Below, piece by piece: positions 41,137-49,477 of a stretch of DNA of 64,000 nucleotides. Each line of letters starts with the position of its first letter. The first letter of the stretch is position 1. The position numbers were made by a program, and so were the translations under genes. The notes below the pieces were generated by a model, which saw only the letters and a list, made by a program, of their open reading frames with translations, had not been told where the DNA came from and did not search any database. This DNA comes from a virus: the IMG/VR virus record IMGVR_UViG_3300032291_002524, positions 32,001-96,000 of that record. The stretch is one strand, 5' to 3'.

Positions 41137-41565
41137 ATGAAAATGAAAAAATTATACTTGGACGATGTTAGAATACCTCGTCATTCATATCCGGCAATGT
41201 CAAGAAGAATTGGTTCAGATTCTGCCATATATCAAAATGATGATTGGAATATTGTTAGGACATATGATGAATTTGTAAATTGGATTAGTGAAAATGGGTT
41301 ACCTGATATTGTGTCATTCGACCACGACTTGGCGGATGAACACATTCAATATTATTTTGATAATGGTGGTAACGCAAACCCACCTGACCCCCAAAAAACA
41401 ACTTTTGAGGAAAAAACGGGGTATGATTGTGCTAAATGGTTGGTAGATTATTGTGTTAAAACGCAACAAAAATTACCTGAATATTTGGTTCATTCTGCAA
41501 ATCCTGTTGGTGGATATAATATCTTGACGTATCTAAACAACGCAAAAAAACACACGAACATCTAA
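41137..41565 (+). CDS. cyclic-phosphate-processing receiver-domain protein
   Basis: KLYLDDVRIP, VSFDHDL, TGYDCAKWL, HSANPVG motifs. Confidence 0.8.
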   Translation: MKMKKLYLDDVRIPRHSYPAMSRRIGSDSAIYQNDDWNIVRTYDEFVNWISENGLPDIVSFDHDLADEHIQYYFDNGGNANPPDPQKTTFEEKTGYDCAKWLVDYCVKTQQKLPEYLVHSANPVGGYNILTYLNNAKKHTNI

Positions 41566-41840
41566 TGGAAGTTCTTAAGGATGGTGACATATTGCAGGAA
41601 AGTGATAAGGTTAAAAAAATACATATTAACCAGCATAACATTCGTTCAAATAAAACGAAAGAAACTGACCTTCCTGTAATCACCATTAAAATAGGTAGTA
41701 AAAACTATTATTGTAATGAAATAGAAATTATGGGACCATCCAAAGTTATCTATTGCGGTAGTGGTAACCAAAAACCGTTGATGAGTTGTGGGGCCAGAGT
41801 GGTAATTGAAACAACATCAGAAATAAAAATTAAAAAATAA
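41565..41840 (+). CDS. hypothetical phage protein
   Basis: IHINQHNIRSN...PVITIK...SCGARVVIET. Confidence 0.7.
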   Translation: MEVLKDGDILQESDKVKKIHINQHNIRSNKTKETDLPVITIKIGSKNYYCNEIEIMGPSKVIYCGSGNQKPLMSCGARVVIETTSEIKIKK

Positions 41841-41871
41841 TTTGACACTTAAAGAAACTTTTGTATCTTTG
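41841..41871 (+). promoter_or_regulatory. Bacteroidota-type promoter upstream of leader 1
   Basis: TTTG (41841) ... TATCTTTG (41864-41871). Confidence 0.7.
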
Positions 41872-41902
41872 TATCATATTTAGAAAGAAAGGAAATAATA
41901 AA

Positions 41903-41998
41903 ATGACACTCGTGAAAAAACATATTGTGAAATCGTTTATTCAGTTATGTAATAACTGGTATATTCGCTTGTCAATAAGTTCGGGTGTTGTTGTATAA
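41903..41998 (+). CDS. putative attenuator leader peptide 1 (MTLVKKHIVKSFIQLCNNWYIRLSISSGVVV)
   Basis: 31-codon ORF whose 3' part AGTTCGGGT is complementary to the 5' arm of the following terminator. Confidence 0.7.
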   Translation: MTLVKKHIVKSFIQLCNNWYIRLSISSGVVV

Positions 41999-42020
41999 CA
42001 ACTTTTAGCCTTAAATAAGG

Positions 42021-42052
42021 AAACCCGAACTCACAAGGTTCGGGTTTTTTTT
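42021..42052 (+). terminator. conditional terminator of attenuator 1
   Basis: AAACCCGAAC-TCACAAG-GTTCGGGTTTTTTTT. Confidence 0.85.
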
Positions 42053-42064
42053 GTTCTTTGACAT
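42053..42064 (+). promoter_or_regulatory. boxA-like element
   Basis: GTTCTTTGACAT just before tRNA array 1. Confidence 0.65.
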
Positions 42065-42080
42065 GTTGGTAACCAAAAAT

Positions 42081-42153
42081 GGGGTAGTGGCAGATGAGGT
42101 CATTGCGACGGACTGAAAATCCGTAGGAACAGGCTCGATACCTGTCTACCCCA
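42081..42153 (+). tRNA. tRNA-Phe(GAA)
   Basis: cloverleaf; anticodon arm ACGGA-CTGAAAA-TCCGT. Confidence 0.85.
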
Positions 42154-42159
42154 CAATAT

Positions 42160-42237
42160 TGGGATATAGCTCAGTTGGTTTAGAGCATCTGTCTGATACA
42201 CAGAAGGTCATCGGTTCAAGTCCGGTTATCCCAACCA
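42160..42237 (+). tRNA. tRNA-Ile(GAT)
   Basis: TCTGT-CTGATAC-ACAGA; encoded CCA. Confidence 0.9.
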
Positions 42238-42242
42238 TATAT

Positions 42243-42318
42243 TGTCCTGTGGTGTAATTGGCAACACATCTCACTTTGACTGAGAAGAGTCCAGGTTCGA
42301 ACCCTGGCGGGATAACCA
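42243..42318 (+). tRNA. tRNA-Gln(TTG)
   Basis: TCTCA-CTTTGAC-TGAGA; CCA. Confidence 0.9.
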
Positions 42319-42341
42319 AAAAAAAGTATTATATTTGTAAT

Positions 42342-42902
42342 ATGAAAATAAACAGAAAGGACCTAAATTGGTTTCTCCAAAACATCCGTAGGGGAAATGA
42401 GGGTCAGGAACTAACGGATGAACAGTTGGTTGACAAACTGGCTTCCTATATGGAAACCAACCCATCCTGTATTGATATGGAAGGTGTTAGTAATCCTGGT
42501 AGGTTTAGTTATTCAACTGTTGGTTATGGTGTTTTTTCACTTATGGGTGAAAAATACCGAATGGGTAGAATTGAAATCTTTGATAGTGAAGATGAATCAG
42601 GATATGCGGTTAGTGAAGGTATTTACACAATGCCATTCGTTGCGGCAAGTCAATTTGAAGATTTTATCGAGTCTTTGGAAACTGACCTTCCAATTAATAT
42701 TGAAATTGGGTCTCATAAGTGGTGTGAAGATGAATGTGCAAAATCTCTTGGTTTTGAAAATGAGGAAGAGATGAGAAACCCTGAAAAAGTGAAAGAATAT
42801 CGTAGAAAGAAAAACGATGAATTTGCACAAGAAGAGGGTTATAAAGATTGGGACGATTTGTTGGCAAACAGTAAATTTGCACCATTAAAAAAAGAAATTT
42901 AA
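42342..42902 (+). CDS. hypothetical protein
   Basis: start MKINRK immediately after TATATTTG; the longer track ORF overlaps tRNA-Gln. Confidence 0.7.
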   Translation: MKINRKDLNWFLQNIRRGNEGQELTDEQLVDKLASYMETNPSCIDMEGVSNPGRFSYSTVGYGVFSLMGEKYRMGRIEIFDSEDESGYAVSEGIYTMPFVAASQFEDFIESLETDLPINIEIGSHKWCEDECAKSLGFENEEEMRNPEKVKEYRRKKNDEFAQEEGYKDWDDLLANSKFAPLKKEI

Positions 42903-42963
42903 AAAATGTTCATTATATTTGTATGTTTATTGTTACTGAACAGATGAATATAATGAACAATAT

Positions 42964-43038
42964 GACTTCGTAGCTCAATTGGTTTAGAGCACCTCACTTT
43001 TAATGAGGGGGTTTCGGGTTCGAGTCCCGACGGGGTCA
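42964..43038 (+). tRNA. tRNA-Lys(TTT)
   Basis: CCTCA-CTTTTAA-TGAGG. Confidence 0.9.
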
Positions 43039-43220
43039 CAAAACACAATGTTGGGTTCCCTAGTGGTAACGGTATGAACTTAAGTAAGTAAGCCACAAGA
43101 ATCTAGTAAGAAGCGGAAGATGGGTTCCCCGCGACTAAAGTGTATTACCACCGAGACGTGGCCGACGGGTCCGCTGACGAGCTGAGGAGGTGGTTTAGAA
43201 ATATCCCTAAATACGTACCA

Positions 43221-43293
43221 CTTTCCTTAGCTCAGTTGGTAGAGCACTTGGCTTACATCCAAGGTGTCGTTGGTTCGAATCCAGCAGGAAAGA
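43221..43293 (+). tRNA. tRNA-Val(TAC)
   Basis: CTTGG-CTTACAT-CCAAG. Confidence 0.88.
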
Positions 43294-43301
43294 CAAAAAA
43301 T

Positions 43302-43382
43302 GAGTCAGTTGAGCAATTGGTCCGCTCGCTTGTCTGTAAAACAAGTCCTTCGGGGGTGTAGGTTCGAATCCTACCTGGCTCA
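43302..43382 (+). tRNA. tRNA-Tyr(GTA)
   Basis: CTTGT-CTGTAAA-ACAAG with variable arm. Confidence 0.85.
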
Positions 43383-43443
43383 CAAACTTATATTTCTCCA
43401 AAACTAGTAAAAAAAGTGAGTTTTGGAGGATTATAAAGTAAAT

Positions 43444-43531
43444 GGTGGGGTTGCAGAGTGGTTGAATGCATCGGTCTGCAAAACCGAAAAACTGAAAACG
43501 TTTCACGTGGGTTCAAATCCCACCTCCACCT
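43444..43531 (+). tRNA. tRNA-Cys(GCA) with long variable arm
   Basis: TCGGT-CTGCAAA-ACCGA; U73. Confidence 0.8.
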
Positions 43532-43582
43532 CAAATTTATAGTTCAAATATTGATTTTTACTCTTATTGAGTATTTATTTAT

Positions 43583-44326
43583 ATGAAATGGACTGATGAT
43601 AAAATTGAAAATTTAACACGTTTCGTTGAATTGGGTTTTAAACCACAAGAAATTGCAAAAATGTTAAAAACTACTTACAAATCAATTACAAGTAAAATGT
43701 TTTTATTAGGATTAAAAGTTGTTTACACAGAAAAAAAAACATGTAAAAATTGTGATATTCAATTTGACACACATATCACCAACGGTAAAATATTTTGTTC
43801 GTCAAGTTGTTCGGCGATTTACAATAATAAAAAACGTACACTAAGTGATGAAACGAAAAGTAAAATATCCAATACATTAAAAAATAAACCAAAAAAAGAC
43901 AAACTAATAAAAAACAAAATATGTAAAGTATGTAAAGTATGTAAAGTTCGTGAAATTAATGAAAAACATAAAAGGATTTGTAATAACTGTAAATTAGATT
44001 ATTATGAGTATTACAGACCTTCGTGTGTTTTTAATTTTAACCCTTACGATTTTCCTGAAGAGTTTAACTTAAATTTAGTAAAAAATAATGGGTGGTACTC
44101 ACCATCCAACAAAAAAAATAATTTATATGGTGTGAGTAAAGACCATAAATTATCAATAATGGATGGGTACCGAAATAAAATAAACACAAACATCATATCA
44201 CATCCGGCAAATTGTGAATTAATATTATTTTCGGATAATTCAGTAAAAAAAGATAAATCATCAATAACTCTAAATGAATTACTAAAAAAAATTGAGGAGT
44301 GGAATGTAAAATATGGTAAAAGTTAA
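43583..44326 (+). CDS. freestanding HNH-like homing endonuclease
   Basis: Cys clusters, GVSKDH...SHPANC...NS.K; paralogue of 58008-58784. Confidence 0.7.
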   Translation: MKWTDDKIENLTRFVELGFKPQEIAKMLKTTYKSITSKMFLLGLKVVYTEKKTCKNCDIQFDTHITNGKIFCSSSCSAIYNNKKRTLSDETKSKISNTLKNKPKKDKLIKNKICKVCKVCKVREINEKHKRICNNCKLDYYEYYRPSCVFNFNPYDFPEEFNLNLVKNNGWYSPSNKKNNLYGVSKDHKLSIMDGYRNKINTNIISHPANCELILFSDNSVKKDKSSITLNELLKKIEEWNVKYGKS

Positions 44327-44367
44327 TTATTTTTGTTTTAATTTTCACATAAAAACACAAAATACAT

Positions 44368-44443
44368 GGTGGTTATAGTTCAGAGGAAGAACACTTGGTT
44401 GTGGTCCAAGATGTCGTGGGTTCGAGTCCCATTAATCACCCCA
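44368..44443 (+). tRNA. tRNA-His(GTG)
   Basis: G-1/C73; CTTGG-TTGTGGT-CCAAG; CCA. Confidence 0.9.
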
Positions 44444-44449
44444 AAATAC

Positions 44450-44536
44450 GGAAGATTAGCCTAATTGGTAAGGCAGCTGACTTGAAATCAGCCGTTACGT
44501 GAAAGCGTATTGTGGGTTCGAGTCCTACATCTTCCG
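44450..44536 (+). tRNA. tRNA-Ser(TGA)
   Basis: GCTGA-CTTGAAA-TCAGC, long variable arm, G73. Confidence 0.9.
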
Positions 44537-44583
44537 CAATATGAAAAAGGAAAATGACTTCTATTGACTAAACTCAATAGAAT

Positions 44584-44805
44584 ATGTCAACAAACAGAAA
44601 ACGAACTAAATTAAAATTCGCGGAATGTGGTAGAGATTATCACATACTTTCCCTAAACGAATGGTACCCTCTTTATTGGGATGAAGGGTACAACTTTTAT
44701 CCTTATTGGAGAAGAGGTTTTAAAAATCCCAACAAAACAATTCCAATCTTCAAAGTACGTGAGTACAGAACTTGGAAACACAACAGAAAAACACAGTGGA
44801 AGTAA
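44584..44805 (+). CDS. small basic hypothetical protein
   Basis: 73 aa ending RTWKHNRKTQWK. Confidence 0.6.
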   Translation: MSTNRKRTKLKFAECGRDYHILSLNEWYPLYWDEGYNFYPYWRRGFKNPNKTIPIFKVREYRTWKHNRKTQWK

Positions 44806-44816
44806 TTCCACTATTT

Positions 44817-44891
44817 GGTTCCTTAGTTTAATTGGATAAAACATCTCGATACGGACGAGAAGATGTGGGGGTTCGAGTCCCTCAGGAATCA
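44817..44891 (+). tRNA. tRNA-Arg(ACG)
   Basis: TCTCG-ATACGGA-CGAGA. Confidence 0.85.
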
Positions 44892-44897
44892 CAACAC

Positions 44898-44969
44898 ACG
44901 GATGTAGCTCAGGGGCAGAGCACTTGTCTCCAAAACAAGGTGTCGGGATATCGTAATTCTCCATCCGTG
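44898..44969 (+). tRNA. tRNA-Trp(CCA), atypical T-loop
   Basis: CTTGT-CTCCAAA-ACAAG; G73; T-loop ATCGTAA. Confidence 0.8.
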
Positions 44970-44975
44970 CTAAAT

Positions 44976-45049
44976 GCCGAGGTAGCTCAATTGGTTAGAG
45001 CGTCTGTTTCATACGCAGAAGGTCAGCGGTTCGACTCCGCTCCTCGGTA
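44976..45049 (+). tRNA. tRNA-Met(CAT), elongator type
   Basis: TCTGT-TTCATAC-GCAGA. Confidence 0.8.
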
Positions 45050-45302
45050 CAAAAAATATAATTTGATAATTCGAAATTTTATAATTAATTTTTTTATTGT
45101 TGTTTTTTAAAAGATATTGGTTGGTGGCATAGATGCGTAGATTGATAAGCGTGGAGAGACGTGACGCGAGGGTACACACTAAGGATAGGTTGACAATCTT
45201 AATTGTATTGTTGTAAATCCCGACTCTCTAATGGTGTGTGAAGCTTAGTACTTCAGTGTACGGGCAAGATTCCTGATAAAGTCAATCACTACCAACCTAA
45301 AT

Positions 45303-45383
45303 GCCGAAGTGGTGGAACGGTAGACACGAATGCCTTAGAAGCATTTGCTATATGGTGTGTGGGTTCGAATCCCACCTTCGGTA
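45303..45383 (+). tRNA. tRNA-Leu(TAG)
   Basis: AATGC-CTTAGAA-GCATT; Leu-type D-arm. Confidence 0.9.
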
Positions 45384-45394
45384 CAAATATGAAT

Positions 45395-45478
45395 TGGCAT
45401 GTCGCTCAGAGGCCGAGAGCATCAGGCTGTTAACCTGACTGGGAAACCACACCGTAGGTTCGAATCCTACCATGTCAG
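45395..45478 (+). tRNA. tRNA-Asn(GTT) with long variable arm
   Basis: TCAGG-CTGTTAA-CCTGA; G73; extra TGG-GAAA-CCA hairpin. Confidence 0.8.
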
Positions 45479-45521
45479 CAATAATTTTTCATAAGTCAAA
45501 TATTTGTTTTATATTTGTAAT

Positions 45522-45998
45522 ATGGAAAAGGGGTTTATATCAGCATCGAAAGCAATTAAAGGATATACCGAATCTATGATTGCCAAGTCTGAAAACAACG
45601 ATTGTGTTGTTAGAGCAATCGCATCGGCATCTGAAATGGATTATAATTCCGCACATCAATTCGTTAAAGAAACATTCAATAGAGAAAATGGTAGGCCAAC
45701 ATTTGGATTCGGTACTGGTATGAATTTGTTATCAAAAAATGGTAAACAAATTAACGGTAAAAACGTTCAAATTATTTCTGAAGAATATAACACCATGTCG
45801 TATTATGTGGTAGTCAAAGGTGTTAAAAAATTAAGAGCAACAACAACATCAACATTTATCAAAAAATATCCGGTTGGTACTTATGTGGTACTTGTTAGAG
45901 GTCACGCATTTACTATCAAAGATGGAATTGTTATTGGTAACCCCGATGACAGTAAAAAAATGAAAAAACATATCGTAAGGGTTTGGAAAATTGGATAA
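45522..45998 (+). CDS. hypothetical protein with DCVVRA...HAF motifs (possible Cys-His catalytic pair)
   Basis: NDCVVRAIA and RGHAFTIKDG; start immediately after TATATTTG. Confidence 0.65.
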   Translation: MEKGFISASKAIKGYTESMIAKSENNDCVVRAIASASEMDYNSAHQFVKETFNRENGRPTFGFGTGMNLLSKNGKQINGKNVQIISEEYNTMSYYVVVKGVKKLRATTTSTFIKKYPVGTYVVLVRGHAFTIKDGIVIGNPDDSKKMKKHIVRVWKIG

Positions 45999-46025
45999 TA
46001 TGTTTTAACTTTGTATAACAATAAT

Positions 46026-46103
46026 GGTGTCGGTAGCTCAGTAGGTAGAGCAACGGCTTGAAACACCGTGTGCCGAGTGGTTCGATTCCCTCCCACACCA
46101 CCA
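46026..46103 (+). tRNA. atypical tRNA, probably Phe(GAA)
   Basis: bulged acceptor stem, ACGG-CTTGAAACA-CCGT anticodon arm, CCA end. Confidence 0.55.
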
Positions 46104-46106
46104 AAT

Positions 46107-46238
46107 AATTAGATGGGCGTAATGAGGGAGGGTCCCGAGTCCCCAAGACACCACGGTCCATAACCATTTGGATGCGAGACGTTGTAAGGTAGTCTAATCC
46201 GTCCTGAACGGTATCCGGTTCGAGTCCGGCTCTGATTA
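46107..46238 (+). ncRNA. divergent tRNA-scaffold element with large insert
   Basis: AATTAGA/TCTGATT-A acceptor-like stem and CCGG-TTCGAGT-CCGG T-arm. Confidence 0.5.
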
Positions 46239-46314
46239 TGAACTAACCCAGTTTTCACAATGAAGGCCAATACCTTCGGAGTGGGGGTGACGGTCAGGAA
46301 AGACTGACAAACAT

Positions 46315-46427
46315 AGTCAGGTGGCGGAATGGTAGACGCTTAAGGTCATAAGGTATAGTACATAGCTCCGTATTAAAGAGTCAGTTGCCGAATCTATACC
46401 ATACAGGTTCGAATCCTGTCTTGACTG
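46315..46427 (+). ncRNA. tRNA-Leu-like scaffold A (63-nt insert)
   Basis: AGTCAGGTGGCGGAATGGTAGACGC...ACAGGTTCGAATCCTGTCTTGACT. Confidence 0.75.
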
Positions 46428-46563
46428 CAGACTCTCATCTATAGCTGTGTAGAGAACTGATGAGTATTGTTGGAGGACACAGACCTCACGAACATTGGTT
46501 TAGGGCAAACGTAGGACCCCTATCACAAAGAGTACCAACCCATAGGGTAAAGCTCTTTAAAAT

Positions 46564-46641
46564 AGTCAGGTGGCGGAATGGATAGACGCAACCACATAAG
46601 TGGTCAAACCGGTACTACAGGTTCGAATCCTGTCCTGACTA
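46564..46641 (+). ncRNA. tRNA-Leu-like scaffold B (27-nt insert)
   Basis: same arms; insert hairpin ACCAC-ATAA-GTGGT. Confidence 0.75.
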
Positions 46642-46784
46642 CGCTCCTTTCTGGCGTTTTTAACAATAGGACGTGGTACAGATGCACCAGATGGATGTAC
46701 CAACCCAGCATCAGGGACTTGGCAAGTTTTCGGTAGCCAATCAGATGTAACCGATGACAGCTCGGAAAGTACGAGCAATATACC

Positions 46785-46850
46785 GAAGTAGTGTATGGAG
46801 CACGTTGGGAGGCTTTTCCCAAAAGAATTGGGTCGCAACCAATCTCGGTA
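46785..46850 (+). pseudogene. degenerate tRNA-like element
   Basis: ACCGA../..TCGGTA acceptor, TTGGG/CCCAA arm with 8-nt loop, ATTGG-GTCGCAA-CCAAT T-arm. Confidence 0.45.
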
Positions 46851-46856
46851 CAAAAT

Positions 46857-46968
46857 AGTCAGGTGGCGGAATGGTAGACGCAAAGATGTTGTGAGTTGGT
46901 AGGTAATAACTACTTGGATGGTGTCCACATTAGAACTCTCTATACAGGTTCAAGTCCTGTCCTGACTA
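46857..46968 (+). ncRNA. tRNA-Leu-like scaffold C (62-nt insert)
   Basis: same conserved 5' and 3' arms. Confidence 0.75.
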
Positions 46969-46982
46969 CAAAAAATAAAGAA

Positions 46983-47405
46983 ATGAAAATAACTAAACAT
47001 AATATACGTGAAATAATTGAAAATTATCTTAAATCTAAAAAAATTAAGTATAGTATTGACGATGAGGATAACTTTGGATTGGTGTACGAAATTTACGTAG
47101 GGTCATTAGAATGTTATTTACAGGTTGAATATGATTTAGAAAAAATAGAAGATGATTATGTTGTTGCTCAATTATTTACGGAAATTGATGATTTGGGTAA
47201 TTCTCTTTACAGTGTAACATGGGAAAACGACGAACATCATGATTCCATTGAAAGCGAAATCGATACATTAATTGATGAAACTAAACAGTTAAATAGGGCC
47301 GTTATAAAAATTGGTAAAAAAATTGAAGATATTATTGAAATATGTGAGGAACATGGGTTATCTTCCGAAGATTTTATTCAAATTAACTATGATTTCAATA
47401 AGTAG
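46983..47405 (+). CDS. acidic hypothetical protein
   Basis: start MKITKH; the track ORF extension overlaps scaffold C. Confidence 0.7.
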   Translation: MKITKHNIREIIENYLKSKKIKYSIDDEDNFGLVYEIYVGSLECYLQVEYDLEKIEDDYVVAQLFTEIDDLGNSLYSVTWENDEHHDSIESEIDTLIDETKQLNRAVIKIGKKIEDIIEICEEHGLSSEDFIQINYDFNK

Positions 47406-47958
47406 ATTTATAAAAAATCTTACCACCAACGTGAACCATTTCTCTTATTTCTTCTTCTGAATATTTTTCGGACAATGGGGTCCCTACTATAAACAAATTA
47501 CCACCAACGGATTGAAGGTTTCCAAATGATTCGATATTAGTTCCTTGTAAACTCAAAAAACCACCAACGGATTGAAGGTTTCCAAGGAATTCGATATTGG
47601 ATTCACGTAAATCCAACCAGTCACCAACGGATTGAAGAGCACCGAGGGAGTTGATTTTGGTTTCATATAAATCCAAATAACCACCAACTGAGCGAAGGTT
47701 TCCAAGGGATTCGATTTCGACATATCGTAAATCCAAATAACCACCAACAGAGCGAAGGTTTCCAAGGGATTCGATTTTGGTATCCATCAAATTCAAATCA
47801 CCATCAATTGTATATGGTGGATTTCCTTCGGATTCCAGATATTCTTGCAGAAAATTCCAATCATTATTAAAATATTTGAATGATGGAATATGGTGAACTT
47901 CTGGTTTCTCTTGCTCGATTAATCTTTTATATTGTGATTCGGTGATAATTATTTTCAT
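47395..47958 (-). CDS. LRR-like repeat protein (paralogue 1)
   Basis: 22-aa IESLGNLRSVGGYLDL repeats. Confidence 0.8.
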   Translation of the reverse strand: MKIIITESQYKRLIEQEKPEVHHIPSFKYFNNDWNFLQEYLESEGNPPYTIDGDLNLMDTKIESLGNLRSVGGYLDLRYVEIESLGNLRSVGGYLDLYETKINSLGALQSVGDWLDLRESNIEFLGNLQSVGGFLSLQGTNIESFGNLQSVGGNLFIVGTPLSEKYSEEEIREMVHVGGKIFYKSTY

Positions 47959-48632
47959 TGCATATAAATATTACCACTAACATTAACCATTTCTCTTATT
48001 TCTTCTTCTGAATATTTTTCGGACAATGGAGTTTCACGCAACATCAAATCACCACCAACGGATTGGAGATTTCCTAAAGAGTTGATACTAGTTCGATTTA
48101 GATATAACCCATCACCAACGGATATTAGACTCCCGAAGGATTTGAGTTGACTGTTGAAGGATACTGTTAAATAACCACCAACGGATTTAAGATTTCCAAG
48201 GGATTCGATATTACTTCCTCGTAAATCCGCCTTACCAATAACATATTGAAGATTTCCAAGGGATTCGATATTAGTACTGCTTAAACTCAAATCACCACCA
48301 ACGGAGCGAAGATTTCCAAGGGATTTGATAATAGTCCCATATAATTCCAAATTACCACCAACGGATTGAAGATTTCCAAGGGATTCAATGTCATTTTCAA
48401 TTAATATCAAATCACCACCAACGGAGCGAAGATTTCCAAGGGATTTGATTTTGGTATCTATCAAATCCAAATTACCATCAATTGTATAAGGTGGATTTCC
48501 TTCGGATTCCAGATATTCTTGCAGAAAATTCCAATCATTGTTAAAATATTTTAATGATGGAATATGAAGAACCTCAGGTTCTTCCTGTTCTATTAATCTT
48601 CTATATTGAGATTCAGTTATTATTATTTTCAT
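47955..48632 (-). CDS. LRR-like repeat protein (paralogue 2)
   Basis: same repeats and N-terminus MKIIITESQY. Confidence 0.8.
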   Translation of the reverse strand: MKIIITESQYRRLIEQEEPEVLHIPSLKYFNNDWNFLQEYLESEGNPPYTIDGNLDLIDTKIKSLGNLRSVGGDLILIENDIESLGNLQSVGGNLELYGTIIKSLGNLRSVGGDLSLSSTNIESLGNLQYVIGKADLRGSNIESLGNLKSVGGYLTVSFNSQLKSFGSLISVGDGLYLNRTSINSLGNLQSVGGDLMLRETPLSEKYSEEEIREMVNVSGNIYMQ

Positions 48633-49114
48633 TACATATAAATATTACCACCAACCTGAACCATTTGCATTATTTCTTCTTTGGAATGTTTTTTAGATAT
48701 CTGTGTCTTACGTAAAAACAAATTACCACCAACGAATTGAAGGTTTCCAAGGGATTGGACTTCAGTTTCTTCTAAATTCATATCATGACCAACGGAGCGA
48801 AGGTTTCCGATAGATTTGATATTGGATTCAAATAAGACCAAACCACCACCAATGGATTGAAGGTTTCCAAGGGATTCGATTTCGACATATCGTAAATACA
48901 AATCACCACCAACGGTTTGGATATTTCCAAGAGATTTGATTTTGGTTCCATATAAATAGAAATCATCATCAATTGTGTATGGTGGATTTCCTTCAGATTC
49001 CAAATATTCTTGCAGAAAATTCCAATCATTATTAAAATATTTGAATGATGGAATATGGATAACATCCAAGTGCACAGTTTCTTCTTTTAATATTTTCTTA
49101 ATCAAATATTTCAT
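48632..49114 (-). CDS. LRR-like repeat protein (paralogue 3)
   Basis: same repeats; start MKYLIKK after a TATTTAT motif. Confidence 0.8.
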   Translation of the reverse strand: MKYLIKKILKEETVHLDVIHIPSFKYFNNDWNFLQEYLESEGNPPYTIDDDFYLYGTKIKSLGNIQTVGGDLYLRYVEIESLGNLQSIGGGLVLFESNIKSIGNLRSVGHDMNLEETEVQSLGNLQFVGGNLFLRKTQISKKHSKEEIMQMVQVGGNIYM

Positions 49115-49180
49115 TAAATATAAATAGTAAAGGAATGATATAATTTTGGATTTGTAATAGAAATTTGTTATCTTTGAATT

Positions 49181-49471
49181 ATGAATAAAGTGATATTCAA
49201 ATATAGTACACTTCCTAATTCCGTGTTTCAATCCAATTTTGTTATACCGATACCAAAGGGAGCGGAGATTTTAACAATTCAAGTTGACAAAAAAAATAAC
49301 CACCCAACTATTTGGGCGTTGGTTGATATTAACGAACCTCTCGAAGACCGAAAATTTGAATTGGTTGGGACAGGTCATACATTCACCATGGACGATTCCA
49401 AAAAATATATTGGGACATATCAGTACCAAAATGGTGAATTTGTTGGACATCTTTTTGAAGTAATTAGATAA
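49181..49471 (+). CDS. hypothetical phage protein
   Basis: IPKGAEILTIQ...IWALVD...GTGH...YIGT...HLFE pattern. Confidence 0.7.
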   Translation: MNKVIFKYSTLPNSVFQSNFVIPIPKGAEILTIQVDKKNNHPTIWALVDINEPLEDRKFELVGTGHTFTMDDSKKYIGTYQYQNGEFVGHLFEVIR

Positions 49472-49477
49472 ACCGTT

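Noticed and set aside
47395-49114. Diversity-generating retroelement acting on the LRR repeats
   Set aside because: No reverse transcriptase in the window, and differences are not adenine-specific.
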